In this document: positions 23,321 through 24,000 of the stretch, piece by piece
Layout: each line of letters opens with the position of its first letter
Position numbering within the stretch: position 1 is the first letter of the stretch
Source: Clostridia bacterium
GTDB taxonomy: Bacteria; Bacillota; Clostridia; Christensenellales; Aristaeellaceae
Direction: 5' to 3'
NCBI GenBank assembly: GCA_017521565.1
Contig: JAFXCE010000033.1
Location: forward strand, 31,920 to 55,919
Length of the DNA stretch: 24,000 nt
Translations under genes and position numbers: made by a program
The notes under the pieces: generated by a model
Seen by the model: only the letters and a program-made list of their open reading frames with translations
Database searches by the model: none
Told to the model about the DNA's origin: nothing

Positions 23321-23349
23321 TTTACAGCGGCGGCTGAATCGGATATGAT
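23321..23349 (+). promoter_or_regulatory. candidate sigma-A promoter for the TorD-like gene
   Basis: TTTACA (23321-23326), 17-nt spacer, TATGAT (23344-23349). Confidence 0.3.
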
Positions 23350-23392
23350 ACAAGGAGCATGACCAAAGAATATCTGGCGGGGAGTAATCAGG

Positions 23393-24000
23393 ATGAACGC
23401 TGAAATGAAAGAAGTAGTCCTTACGCTGATGGCGGGAAGGGCGTATGTGTTTTCACTGCTGCATAAGATGCTTGGCGCGGAGCCGACAAAGACGCTGATG
23501 GATGCGGTGAGCAGCGAGGAAAGCATGCAGGCGGTGGCGCTTTTTGAAAGCGAGGATAGCGATGCCGCGAAGAAGCTCGGGAATGTGCTGCTTGCATGCC
23601 GCGGAATGGACGAGGAAAGGCTGGATCGCGTGCGGGAAGAGTATACCCGTCTGTTTATCGGACCGGATAAGCTGATTGCAGCGCCGTGGGAGTCCGTCTA
23701 TACCACCAAGGAGCGCGCGCTGTTTCAGGAGTCGACGCTGGCTGTGCGCGGCTGGTATCAGAATTACGGCTACGAGCTCGCGCAGGCGCCCAATTATCCG
23801 GATGATCACATCAGCCCGATGCTGCACTTCCTCGCGCTGACGACGGAGCGCGCGGCGGCATGTGTCCGCGACGACGTGCTGTGCGGCTACCGCAATATGC
23901 TGGAGGGACAAAAGCTCTTTGAGCAGAATCATATCCTCAATTGGGTACATCAGTATGCGGAGGATATGGACAAATCCCGTACGAAGCTGCTCTATCCGCA
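23393..24000 (+). CDS. TorD/DmsD-family redox-enzyme maturation chaperone; only the 5' part is in the window because the ORF runs off the right edge
   Basis: My own translation from ATG 23393 (GGGGAG 8 nt upstream): MNAEMKEVVLTLMAGRAYVFSLL...EEYTRLFIGPDKLIAAPWESVY...YPDDHISPMLHFLAL. It is open to position 24000 and absent from the track because no stop lies in the window. The EY.RLF.GP...P.ES.Y and PDH...L.F motifs are TorD-family hallmarks. Confidence 0.8.
   Translation, partial: MNAEMKEVVLTLMAGRAYVFSLLHKMLGAEPTKTLMDAVSSEESMQAVALFESEDSDAAKKLGNVLLACRGMDEERLDRVREEYTRLFIGPDKLIAAPWESVYTTKERALFQESTLAVRGWYQNYGYELAQAPNYPDDHISPMLHFLALTTERAAACVRDDVLCGYRNMLEGQKLFEQNHILNWVHQYAEDMDKSRTKLLYP

Noticed and set aside
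22875-23348. 157-aa plus-strand ORF filling the non-coding gap
   Set aside because: It starts at TTG with no SD. It has odd C/F/R-rich composition, runs through a terminator hairpin and into the next promoter, and has no recognisable motifs.
23250-23392. Molybdenum-cofactor (Moco) riboswitch upstream of the TorD-like gene
   Set aside because: The context is plausible, but I could not find the conserved CCGAG / AAAGGAG-type elements I remember for that motif. The best promoter (23321-23349) leaves only about a 45-nt leader.
1-24000. CRISPR arrays, rRNA genes, IS elements with terminal inverted repeats, retron or DGR signatures
   Set aside because: Reading both strands, I saw no regularly spaced direct repeats, no transposase or reverse-transcriptase motifs, and no rRNA-like conserved blocks. 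The only tandem repeat is the in-frame zinc-ribbon repeat at 10197-10511.

Overview
This is a visibly GC-rich chromosomal segment that looks like a spore-forming Clostridia genome; composition was judged by eye, not computed. It carries about 21 protein genes, two tandem tRNA-Ser genes, and many readable sigma-A-type promoters and intrinsic terminators. Most of the content is ordinary: plsY, an acyltransferase-3 protein, a DUF4298 protein, a CE1-type esterase, a HAD hydrolase, an SseB-like protein and a GNAT. There is also a Maa/LacA-type sugar O-acetyltransferase divergent from a GH2 glycosidase, and a DUF3794/SipL-like sporulation protein. A TorD-like chaperone gene runs off the right edge and a polytopic, possibly GT-C-like membrane protein runs off the left edge. 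Three things are not routine. (1) An orphan EssC-type (T7SSb) ATPase with three P-loop domains begins inside the region preceding D1. It lacks FHA and TM domains, has no Shine-Dalgarno (SD) sequence, and no other ess genes are in the window. (2) A same-strand run of envelope genes contains a TIGR02206-like membrane protein and a shortened RodA/FtsW (SEDS)-like protein that lacks the catalytic-loop motifs. The same run contains a double zinc-ribbon/TM protein and an SPFH protein with four tandem C-terminal zinc ribbons (a YdjG/YdjI-like module with no pspA nearby). (3) Downstream of the tRNA-Ser pair lies an AT-rich junction with a self-contained promoter-plus-terminator mini-unit. Next to it is a small serine recombinase whose conserved helix-turn-helix (HTH) Tyr codon reads TAG, the only TAG stop in the window, and which has no convincing start. 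Further right is about 0.5 kb of unexplained non-coding DNA containing an inverted 13-nt copy of the tRNA-Ser T-arm. I saw no CRISPR array, no rRNA and no IS element with terminal inverted repeats. I did not find a compelling, complete novel multi-gene system; the best candidates are flagged with moderate interest and explicit tests.
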